In this document: positions 1 to 31,173 of the stretch, piece after piece
How the letters are laid out: each line of letters starts with the position of its first letter
Numbering within the stretch: position 1 is the stretch's first letter
DNA from: Magallana gigas
Lineage: Eukaryota
Length of the DNA: 64,000 nucleotides
Assembly: GCF_963853765.1 (NCBI RefSeq)
Contig: NC_088858.1
Coordinates: 41,354,001 to 41,418,000 of the forward strand
Reading direction: 5' to 3'
The notes under the pieces: generated by a model
The model's database searches: none
What the model saw: the letters and a program-made list of their open reading frames with translations, nothing else
What the model was told of the DNA's origin: nothing
Translations under genes and position numbers: made by a program

Positions 1-112
1 TACTTAGAGCAAATGCTGTATGTTTATTGTGTCAAGTTAAGAAGTTATATTACTGGCTATTAGAAAATACATTAGTTTTCACCGGGTGTAATGATATGAT
101 GTGATTTTGCAG

Positions 113-19323
<19,211 letters not shown>

Positions 19324-20880
19324 AAATATTGATAATTCTTAAAAATCAACCAAGCACAACGGTTTCAATGGTTGCAATGACATATTATCCATTAGATATC
19401 ATAAACAGTGCCCAGTTTGATATGAATCCAGAAAGGATTCCAATGCAACACTAATATATGTATATGTATACTCAGGAGATATGCAACTTACTGTGTGATG
19501 CTTTTTCAATGTATCTTTCATGTACATATATATTATAAAAGATATGGCCATCACCACAGAAAGTTGTGATGTTGCTCCTTTTTTACATTTGTGTAGAGAG
19601 TGTGACAATTATGACTTTTCACTACATACCGGTATTTTGATTTTAATACTAGTGATTAATTTTATGAAATTTTACATGTGTTAACTTGTGATGTGTGCAT
19701 ATTATCAGTTTTCTTCACAAAAAGGCACCAGAAAATAAATCATTGTTCTATTCATTGTTAAACTTACCCCCCCCCCCCCCTTTCTTTACAGTTTTTTCAT
19801 AACAGGAAAAAACCAATATCCTTAAAGAACTTTAAAAAAATAATATTTATGTTTATACATAGATGAAAATAATACTATACATGTACAGTGTACATATATT
19901 GGCAAATAAATGTGCATTAATACTTTATCATTATTATATGTATGGAGTGACAAGCCACCAATGTATTATAGGCATCTTGGCTAGCCAGGGCAATGACCAA
20001 CATCTCTTCCTATATTAAAAAGGGAGAGTCTTTAGATATATATTTTGGTTATTTATGATGTAATACTGAATGATTATTTGTGACAGAGATACGGTTAAAT
20101 TGTGAAGTGACTGGAATAAAGTCCTTAAATACCTTACATTTTAGTTCTGCATTTGTCTCAAATCTACAGGATATGATCACACCCAGTGGTAACAATTGAG
20201 GATGAAAGTTAGAATTGTACAGCGATAAAATGTACTATATATCTATATACCTTCACAATGAAATCGAGAAATAATGAACGTTGAAAATCTATGTTTTTTA
20301 AGAAATTTTACTGATTATTTTTTAACTTCCTTAATTTTAAAAAGTTTATAAATGCAGTTTAATGTGACACTGTTTTCCCTGCTGATTTGAAAAAGAATAT
20401 ACATGAGAAGATTACACAGGAATGCCAAAGATCAAGGGATTAGGGGTAGTGTGCTTGTACCTGTTTCTACTTTCACTTTTCTGTTTGAGGAGATAGACGT
20501 AGAGACGCACATAATCCCAAAACGCATTTTGAATGATACCCGGATCATCGCATAGTCTGCAGTTTACAAGGGCGCCATTGTATTCCTTGATACACTTGGG
20601 TCAGAGGTTAAATCTTATATCAGCATTAAATTGCTTTGTGGCGGTGAGTTATGGCACGGGTGTTAGGGCAGCAGGCTATACACAGACGTACAGACAGCTC
20701 TTCCATTGTTCCCCCACCAAACAAGGCACGAGATTTACATGGCACGTTTATCTACAAATACTGGGCCTTTGATCGGGAAAAGAGAAATGTTTATATTGTG
20801 ATTACAATTTATATGAAGCATAAGAATGCAAGAATTAGTTTGTAAATTTATAAGAAAATGTAAAATCTAATATTTATTTG

Positions 20881-21122
20881 GTTTTATTTGACGTTTACCG
20901 ATAAATGTTAATCTCATGAAATCGACAATATCTTTGATGTTAAAATAATTATTTCTGTTTTGTACAGTTTATCCAGTCACCAAAAATTAGTTTATAAATT
21001 AAAAAATTGTAATTTGATTTTATTTGACGTATACCGATTAAAGTTAATCCCATGAAATCAACAAGTCGCCTCTGATATCTTTGATGTCTTTAAAAGAATC
21101 GTTTCTGTTTTGTACAATTTAT
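20881..21122. repeat. Diverged tandem duplication (period about 137 bp)
   Basis: ttttatttgacgt.taccgat...catgaaatc...atatctttgatgt...tttctgttttgtaca is present twice. Confidence 0.75.
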
Positions 21123-21404
21123 TTTGGCCCAAACAATAAAAACAATACATGAGATTCTGGATCAATTGAAGAGCTATTCCAGAAAAAAAAATTAACACTT
21201 TTGTTTTGAATTATCTTTCCAGATAATTATGTTGCTCCTCTGGGTACAATTTGTTGTAAATTGGTGACCGTCATTTTGTTGTTCAGTGCCACACATTTCC
21301 ATGTAGTTTTTAAATAATCGTGCCTCGTTCCTTTGTATACTGTAGACACGGTTTTTTCAAAGGCTGCATTAAAAGAAAATGCATAGAGCATGGTTATTTA
21401 AGAA

Positions 21405-21716
21405 ATAAACATCCATATTTAACTATTTACCAGGATATGAACTGGGTTGGTCACGTGATCACATCCTGTGGAGTCCTTCGGACTTCTCAGAAGATTTGAT
21501 CACGTCCCAACCAAGTTCATATCCCGCTGAACTTTTTAACATGGCTGTTTATTATTTATGCTGAAAAAGGCTAATCGTTTAGAATTGTTAATATTACAGA
21601 GTTTTTATGTTTACAATAATCCAAGTGATCAGCACGTACGTGATATGATCATTGTGATGTCATAAAAACGTTCACACAGAATTGAACGTTTTGGCTATTC
21701 TAAAGGTTCATATAAG
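21405..21716. mobile_element. Fold-back non-autonomous element (about 148-bp imperfect palindrome plus tail)
   Basis: Arms ggatatgaactgggttggtcacgtgatca / tgatcacgtcccaaccaagttcatatcc, centre gagtcc-ttc-ggactt; the tail ends tataag. Confidence 0.6.
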
Positions 21717-21877
21717 CATGCGCGGATCCAGAAATTTTTTTAGGGGGGTCCGACGGTTATTTGAGTTTGCCAGGGGGATCTGAGGCATATTTTTGGTAAT
21801 TTTATAATGTAATTTAAAGATATTTTAATTTTACAGGGGGGTCCGGACCTCCTAACCCCCCTCTAGATCCGCGCATG
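21717..21877. mobile_element. 161-bp MITE with 12-bp TIR and 6-bp TSD
   Basis: CATGCGCGGATC ... GATCCGCGCATG, flanked by TATAAG on both sides (21711-21716 and 21878-21883). Confidence 0.85.
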
Positions 21878-22482
21878 TATAAGGATGTAAACATATGCGT
21901 ATTTCTCACTTAGACTGCAATTTTTTACAACCCAGGAATGTCAGTATTCAACCGTTCAATTGTAAGTTGCCTTGATTCTTTCTATGCAATGTCAACTATG
22001 AAAAACTTTGATGGGACTACTGTTAATGATAATTTCATGTACATGTACTTTGACTCGGTTAAAGAATAAACTTCGCTAGCCCTCTTTGAAACAGGTCTTA
22101 TTTTGCTGGCTTACTTGTTTCTACATTTTTTTTGAGAAAGAAAAACCTTGAATCAAAATCATGTAAGCACCCTATCAACAGAATCACTGGTACACGTTTA
22201 CATATCAACGCTTCTGTATATTCCTTGATGTTTTACCACCAATTTTAAGTCATTAATTGATAGAATGGATTTTCGAGGTCCTTGCATCAAAATGAGTTTT
22301 AATTTTTAAATAATAACTTTTTTTTATTATTCGGGGTCAATGAAAGAAGATTAAACTTAATAATAAAATTAATTAAACTCACATGCGTTTTTTTCTCTGT
22401 TTTTATCGCAGAAACAAGTGCCTGCGATTTATCTACATTAATATCATAGTAAATTTTGAAGTAACAGGCTAATGTAAAATTG

Positions 22483-22732
22483 GAACCATTTTAACAAGGC
22501 CTTGGACTTTCAGTAGGACGTAACTATCCATTTTTTGCGTCAAAACAAGTTAAAAATGACGCTGATTTCGAGTGAAATATACACCGATTGCGTAGTCTTG
22601 GCTCAAAAGCCAGACAAATCTTGTTGATTTCAAAGAGCAATGGCTGAATGGCCTACAATGAAATAGACAGGCCTGCGTCACATTGTTGTTTAACACAACT
22701 ACCCAAAGTCCAAGCTCTTGTTAAAATGGTTC
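22483..22732. mobile_element. 250-bp MITE
   Basis: TIRs GAACCATTTTAACAAGGCCTTGGACTTT / AAAGTCCAAGCTCTTGTTAAAATGGTTC (2 mismatches). No clear TSD. Confidence 0.75.
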
Positions 22733-22989
22733 TAAGTATGGAATCACTTACTGAAGCCGAATTATTCTAGTTCACTGCATTGATCTGATTTTTTTTTTAT
22801 TTTAAAAAGGAATATTATTATTTATATAATCAATAAGTCTGTAAAAATAACAACCATCAAAATAAGTTACTGACTGAAAATATAAAACGCCAAAATGTTG
22901 CATCTTAAAGAGAAACGTTGGATATGTATAAATCATTCATCGCTTAGCAGCAAATCATGTTGGATAGAAACAAAATGTTTTAAAAAAGG

Positions 22990-23206
22990 TCAATATTTTC
23001 CCGATCTCCGAGATAATACACAGATCATCGGGATTTTATTTCGTTTGAAACATGACTGACACATGTGATCTTAAAATTCACATGATGACTTTACATCATT
23101 CAAGATTTGACAACATGAAGTTGACAGACCTTTTTCATAGAGATCGTGGATGATTTAATATGTCTGCTAATATCAGAAACTGATCTCGCAAGACTTTGGT
23201 CGCCAT
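22990..23206 (-). pseudogene. Possible decayed CARD-like exon
   Basis: ATG at 23206 gives MATKVLRDQFLILADILN, then after a frameshift IHDLYEKGLST, resembling CARD helices 1-2. Stops follow. The similarity is weak. Confidence 0.25.
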
Positions 23207-23548
23207 GTCTGGCAGAGTTGGCGATTTGCCGATAGTTCGCAAAGTGAACGCCAGAATCAGTGCAGGTCATGCAATATGTACATTTGATATCTAGTCATGC
23301 TTTGAAAGCAAATTTTGGTTGAATTAAAACTCGAAATTCACAAATATACAATTACTTTTATCACTTTTCAGTAAAGTAATTGTAGTTATTTCTTTCTTCC
23401 AAAGTTGAATAAATGAGAAACTAACAACTTTTCTGAAGAAAAATTACTATTGACATAAAAAAAATTGAAATGGGTCTTGACAAATAATTCAAAGTTCCCA
23501 TTAAACATACAATTAACTCTGCGATCATAAATCTCTCTCAAAATAGAA

Positions 23549-25557
23549 TCATTTCATTTTGTTTCCGTTAGGATTTTTCCAGAAAGAATTCTTTGAATTT
23601 TCCACTTTTCCGGACGCATTGAATGGTCTGACCATCATCGGTTTCGTAGTTGTCGGCTGCTTTTTGCCGCGGTAATTTTGATCGCTCGGTGGTAGAATCG
23701 CTAGCACGTTTTGTTGCTCATGCTGTGTTAGCACGGTCATTTCAAGTCTCTCGAGATTCTCCTGCAGAATAGCCAGTGACGCCTGTTGGGAGTTTAACTG
23801 TTTCTGCTGCTGCGTCAAAAGTTGGTGCGCGCTATCTTTCTCGGCCCCGAGTTTCATGATCTCCTCGTGCTGTTTCACCAATAAATCCTCCAGTTTGATC
23901 TGTCCGTCTGCCAACCTCTGGTGGTCGGCCGCTAGCTGCTCGATCATGTTCAGTTTCTTGTTGATCATGGTCTCCTGGTTTGTGATCTCTTTGTCTTGCT
24001 CCTCGATCGTTCTCTTCAACTCTTTGATTTGCTGACCTTTTTCAGTCAAATCAATCTGCAAGTTGGAATTGTCTTTGACTGATTTTCGTAATTGTTCGTT
24101 TTCGATTTGCAACTTTGTTACCCTTTCGTGGTATTTATTGTTGGTTTCTTTTAACTTCCCCATCACGTTTTGCAAGTCTCTGTACTTCCTTTGCATGTCC
24201 ACAAGTTCATCATCCTTGAACTGAAGCTGTTGCAGCAGCTGTGCTTTTTCTTCCCTTTCACGTATTAGCGCGTCTTTAGCACTATCAAGGGTTTTCATCA
24301 CTTCTGATAGCTGCTTTTCGAGTTCAGATTGTCTTTGGATGATTGTGTTGAATTCCCTTTGAGAGGCTTTTGTGTCTTTTGAGAGTGTTGATAGAGACAT
24401 TTTGACGCCGACAATTGCTAGTTTTTCCTCACGTTCACTATAGGACGTACTTATAGGTGTACTAGTATCCCATTGCCTAGAACTATTCTGTAAAATGAAA
24501 ATATAAATCGTGTACATGTACATGTATAAACTCTTGTTTTGAGTTTTGGAAAAGTTTGTTCATATATTATATACATGTAGCAACAATTAAAAGTATTGGT
24601 ACCTTTGCAGTCTTTTCGAAGATATCTTCAGAAGTTAATGTANNNNNNNNNNNNNNNNNNNNNNNNNNNNNNNNNNNNNNNNNNNNNNNNNNNNNNNNNN
24701 NNNNNNNNNNNNNNNNNNNNNNNNNNNNNNNNNNNNNNNNNNNNNNNNNNNNNNNNNNNNNNNNNNNNNNNNNNNNNNNNNNGAAGGAATTTGTACTCAT
24801 CTATTCCTTACATTTACTAATCGAATCCTCGTCTTCCGTTTCTGTTTTTAAGTTTTCTACCACGTGATTGTACCCACAATCCTTTAGAACCTCACAGAAG
24901 TGGGTGAATCCGGTCGGGCACGTTTTAAGCACGCGCTGTATGCACGTGTCAATCCTATCTTTGTACGTCCCTTGTTGCAGGACGTCGTCTTTGTCGGAGG
25001 GGGACAGAACACATCGGTCCTCCAACGTGTCGCAGACGATTTGGAGATTGATTTCTTCGTTGAGAGTTAAAAGATACCTAGCGAAAGATTTTGAATCATT
25101 TACACAACCATGATTAGAGACTCGTGCAGTATGTACTGGTACAAGCAACACATTACTTCGCCCATAAGACAAAACTCAACACAGAATTGATATATTAACT
25201 TCAGTTGGCCTTAAATTTACCAATGAAGATTAAGGTTTTAAACAGACTGGGTGGTCAACAAAATACCAATAAGCTCCTATAGAAAGTTCAATAAGATATT
25301 TTATAATCCATTAAAAATAAGAAAACATAATTTGATACGAAAGGAATAGATGTTGATGTTTAATGTTCAGCTTTATCCCAACTCCTTTTAGTTGCAGCTC
25401 TCCTTATAAAGGAAGTAAGAGAAGTCATAGAGGCCATAACCACCCAGCCTTTGGAGATCAATACAAAATACCTTAGAAAACTCCATTTACCATCAAGGAG
25501 ATAGGTCTGTTCGACATCAGGATCAAACGTCACTTTTCTCTTTTCTTTTGTTTCCAT
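23549..25557 (-). CDS. CARD/death-fold + coiled-coil protein A (about 437 aa)
   Basis: Exons 25557-25472 (ATG, phase 2), 25077-24812 (CARD-like YLLTLNEEINLQIVCDTLEDRCVLSPSDKDDVLQQGTYKDRIDTCIQRVLKTCPTGFTHFCEVLKDCGYNHVVENL, phase 1), micro-exon 24625-24603 (23 nt, phase 1 to 0), and 24487-23549 (312-aa Q/E/K/L-rich heptad coiled coil). An assembly gap lies in intron 2, so an extra small exon cannot be excluded. Confidence 0.72.
24643..24782. other. Assembly gap (140 N) in intron 2 of CARD-CC gene A
   Basis: Run of N characters. Confidence 0.99.
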
Positions 25558-26429
25558 TCTGTTTAGGAAATGATATAGCCATTAAGAAAACATGAGGAGG
25601 TTAAAATGTCCTTTTTACTTACTTGAAAACAGATTTTATTTCAATTTTTTTTTTGCAGCAGTTTCACAATGACATAACGACTTTTAAAATCTTAAAATGA
25701 CTGAAAAGCGTCTAAGCTTTACCAAGAAAAGGAAATTAAGGAATTATGATAGGCTATTTGCATTTCTGTGCGTGTACCGTTTAAAAAGCCTGTGCAGATA
25801 AAAGTGATGTTTGATACACATCATATCACGATAAAAGAAGTTTTTGCCAAAAAAAAAATCCAAAAATACTTGAGACTTGTCTTTACCTTTCATTTAGTGT
25901 AGCTCCGTACCCACACTTCTGGTTTTATGAGGGAGATTGAACATGGAGAGGACAGGAGCAGACTTTGGCAAGCCTCCATGCTGTCTCCGGCCGTGATTAA
26001 GCATTTATCGTACTGACGCTTCAATCACAGATAACTGTATTGTTGACAGAATTCAATTGTTCCCGGGCTGATCGGTTTGCCATTTATTATTCGGGGCTTT
26101 GTTTTCTCGTGCGAACCTTTTTGCGATGGGAACCGTGATTTGGTTTAATCGGAAATTAGACTTAAAAACACAGGGCTTTAACAAAAGTCATTTTTCGGAA
26201 TCGTAAAAATACAAATTTTATTGTTTAATAATGTCGATCCAGTTATTATTATATAGTTGCATATTTTTTTTTTATTTCAAGATCATGAACACTTTCAATA
26301 TGTAGCAAAATTTTAATACTAGTAAATATATTTTAATATTTAAATATCTCACAAAGATTTTGACATGATATGGTTCATTTGTCGAACCTCTATTCAATAG
26401 CATTGACGTAATAGGATCAATATTTCCTT

Positions 26430-26738
26430 ACCCAATGAATATTACATTTCATCATTTGAAAAGATATTGATCGATGAACCCATCGGTACCTTCATATCTT
26501 GCATGAATCAGCAAAGAAAACATTTTATTGTTTATATTTACATCTTTTTAAAACAAATTTTTGAATTGAACATAAAAGTAGGTAAAAGTAAATAAATTAT
26601 TGTTTATTAATGTACTTAAAAGAAGTAGCTCATGCATGCCGTCTTATATGGGAATTTGAGTATGGCATCGATCATCATGGTTATTTCGTGCAGTCTAGGA
26701 ATAAAGGAGAAAATACTCGACAGTAGTAAAATATAAAG
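26430..26738. mobile_element. Degenerate copy of the dispersed element at 59225-59703
   Basis: Shared blocks gcatgaatca.caaagaaa.catt.tattgtttatatttacatcttt, atgggaatttgagt and ttttcgtgcagtct. Confidence 0.65.
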
Positions 26739-27140
26739 TTAGATGCTTTTTTTTAAATGAGCTTATATAGCAATTCTAATAATTACAAAAAAGTCATACC
26801 TTACCGCGCATCTTACCTTCATTATAGCATAAAACGTCGAAGAAAGCCTTTTATATATATTTTCATACTTTCTTAAACCTTTTTCTTCCTCAAAAATGTT
26901 TTATTTTTATATTCTTTTACATATATAATATAATTCAATGTAAAATTTTGCTTGATTTCAGTTTGACAGCAATATACTTAAAATTAGATAAACTTAATGT
27001 ATTTCAAATCAGGTGATTTGATTGTAAATCGCTGCTTGCTGAATTTATGTTTCCTGCGTATTGTGAAAATTACAGGGAGTTTCTTCCACATTTATAGGAA
27101 ATGTATATATCACTAGTCCAGTAAGTTGTCACCTGTCATG

Positions 27141-27465
27141 TTAAATAAGGAATAAGGAATCATTCTTTGAGTATTATGAGGTTATAATTTTGGTCGGGGC
27201 GTGATCAAATCCAATAAAGCCCGAAGGGCTTTATGATAGATTTGATCACGCCCTGGCCGAAATTATCACCTCATAATATTCAAAGAATGATTCCTAATTA
27301 CTTATATTTATATAATTTTAGGCCATCGTACGATTAAATATTTAAATATAAATAAACAAACCCCGCTGGCGCCTCAATTTGGCGTCATTTGTATTATGAG
27401 TTATATAGTACAACATCGATACGTAGTGTTATCACAGACAAAGACACTGGATAATGTAAATATAA
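27141..27465. mobile_element. Fold-back non-autonomous element (141-bp palindrome plus tail)
   Basis: 27155-27295: aggaatcattctttgagtattatgagg...aaagcccgaagggcttt...cctcataatattcaaagaatgattcct; the tail ends gtaaatataat. Confidence 0.7.
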
Positions 27466-27709
27466 TCGGATAAAATCTCGATGTGTAATGTTCGCTGAAT
27501 TGTATATTTTTGTTTTGTTTTTCTCAATACATGTAGTTGCTTTTTCATTTGTTTGGAGGGGAGAAGACTGTTGTTTGTGACTTTAATTGTTCTGTAGATA
27601 TTATTCTGCTGTATTTAAATCTGAAGAATATCATTATGGTTTCGAGGAGATTAACAGATATGGATACTTCTTCAATAATTCTCTCAAGCTTTCTACGCCC
27701 GAATGTACC

Positions 27710-27880
27710 TGCATTCTAGTGTCACCATGCCCCCCCCCCCCCCCCCCGATGCATGCATTCTAGTGTCACCATGCCCCCCCCCCCCCGATGCATGCATTCT
27801 AGTGTCACCATGCCCCCCCCCCCCCCCCCCCCCCCCGATGCATGCATTCTAGTGTCACCATGCCCCCCTGATGCATGCAT
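27710..27880. repeat. Minisatellite: constant 26-nt spacer plus variable poly-C run (4 units)
   Basis: gatgcatgcattctagtgtcaccatg separated by C runs of about 18, 13, 24 and 6. Confidence 0.92.
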
Positions 27881-28420
27881 GTATACACAGTGCTCCTGTA
27901 CTGGTACTCTATATATCGTCCCACATGTGTTCTGTGTGTACAAAGGACGATGGACCTTTGTGTTACCAATTATATGATTGATTAAATGGTTTTTAACATC
28001 AGAGGTTTCACAAAGCATTGGTCCAGATTATTTGAATACAAAACGCTGCTATTTAATTAAGATTTTTATTTAAAATATACGATGTAACATGATAAACGAA
28101 TAATTAACAAAGGGCCCTCTGTACAGTTTGTCATTGGAATGACCTTCAAACTTCCGTGCAATGGTTTCAAACGGTTCCAGAATGATACATTGTTGTAGTT
28201 GAACGTGCCAATGGGACGTGAAGGAATTTTAAATCAGTGAGAAACAATGGTGTGTAACGATGCCAATGGCTTAAAAAATATCCAATTTGCTGCCTCAAGT
28301 TTAAAGCATATAATTAGTATCTATAAAAAGAGGCAGTTATTGTGTACACATTTCAAGATTCAAAGCAGCAATAGTTTCGATCTTTTCACCGTTGATAGGT
28401 TACGTTTTTCGCGCTTTTGC

Positions 28421-29981
28421 TCAAAATGACCACCCCTTTTCTTGCGCTTTTCCACCTCTGGGAGGTGGCGGCGTGAACTTCACGTTGGCGTGATGAGAAC
28501 GATTCACGACCCCGCTCATCCATGGCATCGAACGCGGCGGAGACACGACTCGTGTGCTTCGACGCCGGGCGTTACCTCCATAGATTGAGTTTCGGTGGTT
28601 TGAGACTGGTGAAAGCTGTTCCAACAGCCGAAGGCGCGCCTCTAGACGCTCTAATCGTTCCTCGTCTTTTCTCTGCATATCTTCTAGATGGTCAATCTTT
28701 TGTCTTTGTTTTTCTTTTTCATCTCGAAGCTCAATGATTTGAATTTGCTGGCGAGTTCTTTCACTAACCCCTTCGTCATGTAGGACCTCTAGTTTCAGAA
28801 TCTGTACCTTCTGTCGCTCGTTTTCGTCCTCGATGTCTCTTATCTTCTTGAGCTGTTCGTTCAACTCTTCGTCTTTTTCGATGAGCTGCTGCCTCTGTTG
28901 CTCTAACTTCTGCTTCAGTTCATCTAACTCTTCTGCTTTCTTGTCCAGGTCAGCCTTACTCTCAGTTTCGCAGACACCGCTGTCGCGAAGTTTCTTGTTC
29001 TCCAACTGAAGCTGAATAATCTGTTTTTGAAACGTGTTCAGTTTTTCAATGAGAGCTCGGTTCATTTTTCTTAATCTCTCATTGTCTGCCTTCACTCGCT
29101 GCAGTTCATCCCAAGACGGATTGCTGTGTTGTGTGGTCTGAACAATTTTTTGGAAGAGTTCGGCAATTGTTGGTGCAATGCGCACGAGTTCAGTCTCTAG
29201 AGTTTTCATGTCCACGCTGGCATTTTCTGCAGCAACATTTGCCATGGCAGCTGCAGCTGCGTGCACCGACTCCGCAGCCACAACAGGATCAGGAGCAGAC
29301 GACACGTTTGTATTAGTGCGGGAAACAGATGATGTACTCCTGCTGTGGGCAGGTGGAGGATTTTTCTCTGGTTCCTCATTTATAATCTAAATACATGTAT
29401 TCATGATTACAAAAGTTTAAAGAAAGTCCAAGAATACCATGCTATACTTATAAAACGTCTAGATTGACCAAAAGGAATGGGAAAATAAATAACTTTACAA
29501 ATAAACAGAGAAATTCAAACTGCATACCTGGTCTTCTGATCCAACTGCGGCCGCAGGGCCTGTATCAAAACGTATGAATAGAGATGTAGATTCATATCAT
29601 ATTAATGATTTCAGATTAAAACCAAAACAAGTATTCTAATTCATTCTTACTTGTATAGGAGTCTTCTCGACCCGCAGAAACAGCTTTTGGCTTTTCAACA
29701 ATATCCATTTTCTCGTTGATTTCTTCAAATTTCCCCGAGGAATCATTGCTGAGAATCTTACAAAATATCTCATACCCTTCGTCACCAGTCTCCAGAAGAA
29801 TGTTTAGAAACTTCTCCGCTCTCATTAGTTTAGTGTTGGGCTTCACATTATTAATATCGTTCTTGTTTTCCTCCGTAAACACTCCGGCCGCTATCATTTT
29901 ATCCGTTATTTCCGGAACCGGAAGTTCCTGTTTCAGGAACATCCAGTTCCTCCACAACTTCCGCTCGTTTTCAGGCTTCAT
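28421..29981 (-). CDS. CARD + coiled-coil protein B (about 442 aa)
   Basis: Exons 29981-29651 (CARD: LWRNWMFLKQEL...AEKFLNILLETGDEGYEIFCKIL, phase 1), micro-exon 29559-29528 (32 nt, phase 1 to 0), and 29386-28421 (Ala/Ser-rich linker, long coiled coil, basic tail). All splice sites are canonical. Confidence 0.85.
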
Positions 29982-31079
29982 TTTCACTCTTTAAATCATC
30001 ATAATCGTTTTCCTTTTCTTCTGCTTCATATCGCAGATGTGAGTTCTGCGACGTCCAAAATTCAAAATGGCTTCCAGATGTTCAAGTTAATTTGGTATTC
30101 TTTTGTTCCTAGGGATTTAAATGATATCTCCTGTTGAATTCATCCGATCAGTAGCGTTCTTGTTGATGAGTCTCCGTTGTTAAAATGATAGTGATGATGT
30201 CACAAAGGTCATCTGTGGGGTCAAATTGAACAAATACCAACGACACTTGATATTATATTTATCTCACCGCCTGGCAATGTTAGAGGTTTATATAGTTTTA
30301 ATAATTAATATTTTTACAGATAAATCTCTATTTCGGGTTTTGGCAATTTAGGCTGCATTTTTATCTTGCACTATTAGAGGCCGAGTGTTTCTCGCGCGTC
30401 CCTATGTCAAGGATTCGGGCAGTACTAATTTGCAGACAAAATAATACAGAGACAAAAATTCGCAAACAATATCATATACTAATAAACAGAAGAACAATGG
30501 TAACATACATGTATGCTTAAAATGATATGGGGGTGGGATGAATGGGATAGAAGACCGGGCATAGTTTCATTGTTTTTAATTACTTTATCTTTTCATCTAA
30601 TATTATCTATTTTACACTAGTTTAATATCATTCCTTGTTGTTGGATCATCAAGATCCAGGTGTAATCAGACCGTACCATTTTTAAGGCATCACTCTTAAG
30701 GTTGCAAAAAGGTACATCGTTTCTTTAGAAAAAGCTGCACAAAGGTAGTTTATTCGAAGCCACTTCATAGACACTTGTTTCTGCATTAAGTATAGTCAAT
30801 ATTGTAATATTAAATCTACATATGATAATGTAATATAATGGGGTCAACTTTATCGCAGAATCAAGTGCCTGTGGAGAATTTTCTTTTTTTGGGGGGAGGG
30901 GGGGGATTTGCAAAATCTTGATGTATAAGAGAAGACATGACGCATTGTGGTGTATTTTTAGGACCACACAACCATCGACAACTCACATTAAACACTAACA
31001 AGCATAAGGGGGAGAGGTCACACCCCACTCTAAAAGATTAAAAAATAAAACTTATTAAATTCAAATAGTAAAGTAAACA

Positions 31080-31122
31080 AAAAATGTCACACCCGGCCCC
31101 TTATCATGAAAAATTATCAACA

Positions 31123-31154
<32 letters not shown>

Positions 31155-31173
31155 AATTCTTGATCCGCGCATG
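31080..31173. mobile_element. Partial copy (right end) of the CATGCGCGGATC MITE family
   Basis: Ends in GATCCGCGCATG after a poly-C tract, like the right end of 21717-21877. Confidence 0.55.

Noticed and set aside
24556-24867. ORFs spanning the N run
   Set aside because: Artefacts of translating through the assembly gap.
27710-27880. CRISPR-like appearance (constant repeat with variable spacers)
   Set aside because: The variable parts are only C homopolymers, the genome is eukaryotic, and there are no cas genes.
27722-28018. Gly-rich and Pro-rich ORFs (27722-28018 -, 27753-27977 +)
   Set aside because: Translations of the poly-C minisatellite.
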